Positions 1 through 848 of a DNA stretch of 848 bases are shown here, one piece after another. The stretch's first letter is position 1. Each line of letters opens with the position of its first letter. Source of the DNA: Escherichia coli. Its GTDB lineage: Bacteria; Pseudomonadota; Gammaproteobacteria; Enterobacterales; Enterobacteriaceae. The translations under genes were made by a program, and so were the position numbers. The stretch lies in the NCBI RefSeq assembly GCF_003334335.1, contig NZ_QOWQ01000145.1. The stretch is one strand, 5' to 3'. Under the pieces are notes generated by a model. It searched no databases. It had not been told where the DNA came from and was given only the letters and a program-made list of their open reading frames with translations.

Positions 1-848
1 CTTTTCGCGCCGGTGTGTATTCCGGCTCCACCTGTCTGGCCAGTTGCTCCACCGTCAGCCCGCACTGCGCAAGCCACGCCCGGCTTTCACTGCTCACGCG
101 GTCTGCCCGGATTTCTTCCTCCAGCCTGTCCAGCAGCCGCACCAGTTCAGCCGGGAACACCACGCCGTGGCCGTTCTCACTCCCTTCCTGCTGGAGCGTC
201 TCTGCCAGGCTGCGCCGCTGCGCTTTTTCCCGCTCGCCGTTCTCTGTCTCGACCCGGATGAGCGGCGTGAAGCTTCCCGGCTCGTATACCGTCTGGATAC
301 GTGTGGTGTCAGTCTGCACCGTCGTCAGCCTGTCTCCGTCCCAGCCATACCACGTCACCTCCGGTTTACGCGACAGCGACATCCACCCCGTCAGGTCACG
401 CTCCCGCCGCCAGACCCGTTTTGCCATTCGCCGTCCCAGCGGGTCGTAGAGGTAGCGGCTCTCGACCAGTGGCTCGCCATGCTGTATCCGCGTGTAGAAC
501 ACCAGGCGGTGCTGGCTGTCGTAGTGGTAGTGGTGGGTCCGCTCGTCGTCCGTCCGTATCACACCCGCCGGGATGCGGTCCGTCTTCTCCGTCAGCCTGC
601 CGTATTCATCGTGGCGGTAGACATAGTGCGCATCCTCCGCGATGCGGTTATCCGGCCACACTGTGAGTGTACTGTCCGGGTGCAGCTCCGGGTCCGGCAG
701 CCGGTTGCCCGCCGGGTCCGTGGCATACGGGATGCGGATGTCCAGGTCTGGTGCGAGGGTGCGCACACTCTCCAGCCTGCCCGTGGCGCTGTAGCCGTAT
801 TCCCGCGTCTGTCGCGGGCCGCTGATGCGCACCAGGTCGCCGTTGTCA
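1..848 (-). CDS. rhs: Rhs-family YD-repeat core protein, internal fragment (partial at both ends; enterobacterial RhsA/B/C-type core; the variable C-terminal toxin domain is not in the window)
   Basis: The reverse complement read from + coordinate 847 gives 282 sense codons with no stop, ending at + coordinate 2. The window therefore sits entirely inside a longer ORF. The translation contains YD-repeat motifs: [10 protein letters not shown] (residues 16-25), [14 protein letters not shown] (75-88), [12 protein letters not shown] (107-118), [13 protein letters not shown] (131-143) and [10 protein letters not shown] (166-175). The 3' part ([97 protein letters not shown]) matches my recollection of the E. 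coli Rhs core shortly upstream of the core-terminating PxxxxDPxGL motif. Family assignment is from memory, not a search; 'rhs' is a family-level symbol and the paralog (rhsA/B/C/D-like) is unresolved. Confidence 0.88.

Noticed and set aside
224-228. Run of five T (A5 on the coding strand)
   Set aside because: It sits inside the coding frame (GAA AAA GCG) with no adjacent GC-rich hairpin, so it is not a terminator. It is too short to be a credible slippage site.
13-261. + strand ORF of 82 aa from the supplied track
   Set aside because: Same reasoning: it overlaps the Rhs coding region on the opposite strand, has a Pro/Ala/Arg-rich low-complexity translation and no supporting signal. Most likely an artefact of high GC content.
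15-449. + strand ORF of 144 aa from the supplied track
   Set aside because: It is antisense to a stop-free, motif-bearing minus-strand frame that spans the whole window. Its translation is low-complexity and Ser/Arg/Pro-rich with no recognisable motif, as expected for a spurious open frame in GC-rich DNA.
521-535. Short tandem duplication gtagtg-gtagtg(gtg)
   Set aside because: It is only two copies of a hexamer, and it is simply the antisense of CAC TAC CAC TAC encoding the HYHY part of a YD motif. It is too short to be a meaningful repeat or a phase-variation tract.
301-666. + strand ORF of 121 aa from the supplied track
   Set aside because: Antisense to the Rhs core frame. The translation is Pro/Ala/Gly/Arg/Ser-rich with no domain-like features. 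Long antisense open frames are expected in GC-rich coding DNA.
1-848. Possibility of promoter, RBS, terminator, tRNA, CRISPR or insertion-sequence ends in the window
   Set aside because: The entire window is occupied by one continuous coding frame with no start or stop codon. No AT-rich intergenic stretch, inverted-repeat termini, or repeat-spacer periodicity is visible.

Overview
The whole 848-bp window is an internal fragment of one gene on the minus strand. Reverse-complementing the window gives an uninterrupted 282-codon reading frame (complete codons from + coordinate 847 down to 2), with no start or stop codon inside the window. Its translation ([28 protein letters not shown] ... [14 protein letters not shown] ... 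[13 protein letters not shown] ... [13 protein letters not shown] ... [13 protein letters not shown] ... EPEYTPARK) carries several YxYDxxGRL-type YD repeats. I recognise it from memory as the conserved core of an enterobacterial Rhs-family protein (E. coli RhsA/B/C-type); no database search was possible, and the specific paralog cannot be determined from this stretch. The sequence is GC-rich (roughly 60-65% by eye) and uses many CGG/AGG arginine codons, which fits the known atypical composition of Rhs cores. Nothing in the window looks like a new system: it is the conserved shell-forming part of a well-described polymorphic-toxin family. The variable toxin tip and immunity gene, where any novelty would sit, lie outside the window beyond its left edge (lower + coordinates). 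The three + strand ORFs in the supplied track are antisense artefacts of a GC-rich coding region. No RNA genes, CRISPR repeats, mobile-element ends, promoters or terminators are supportable.
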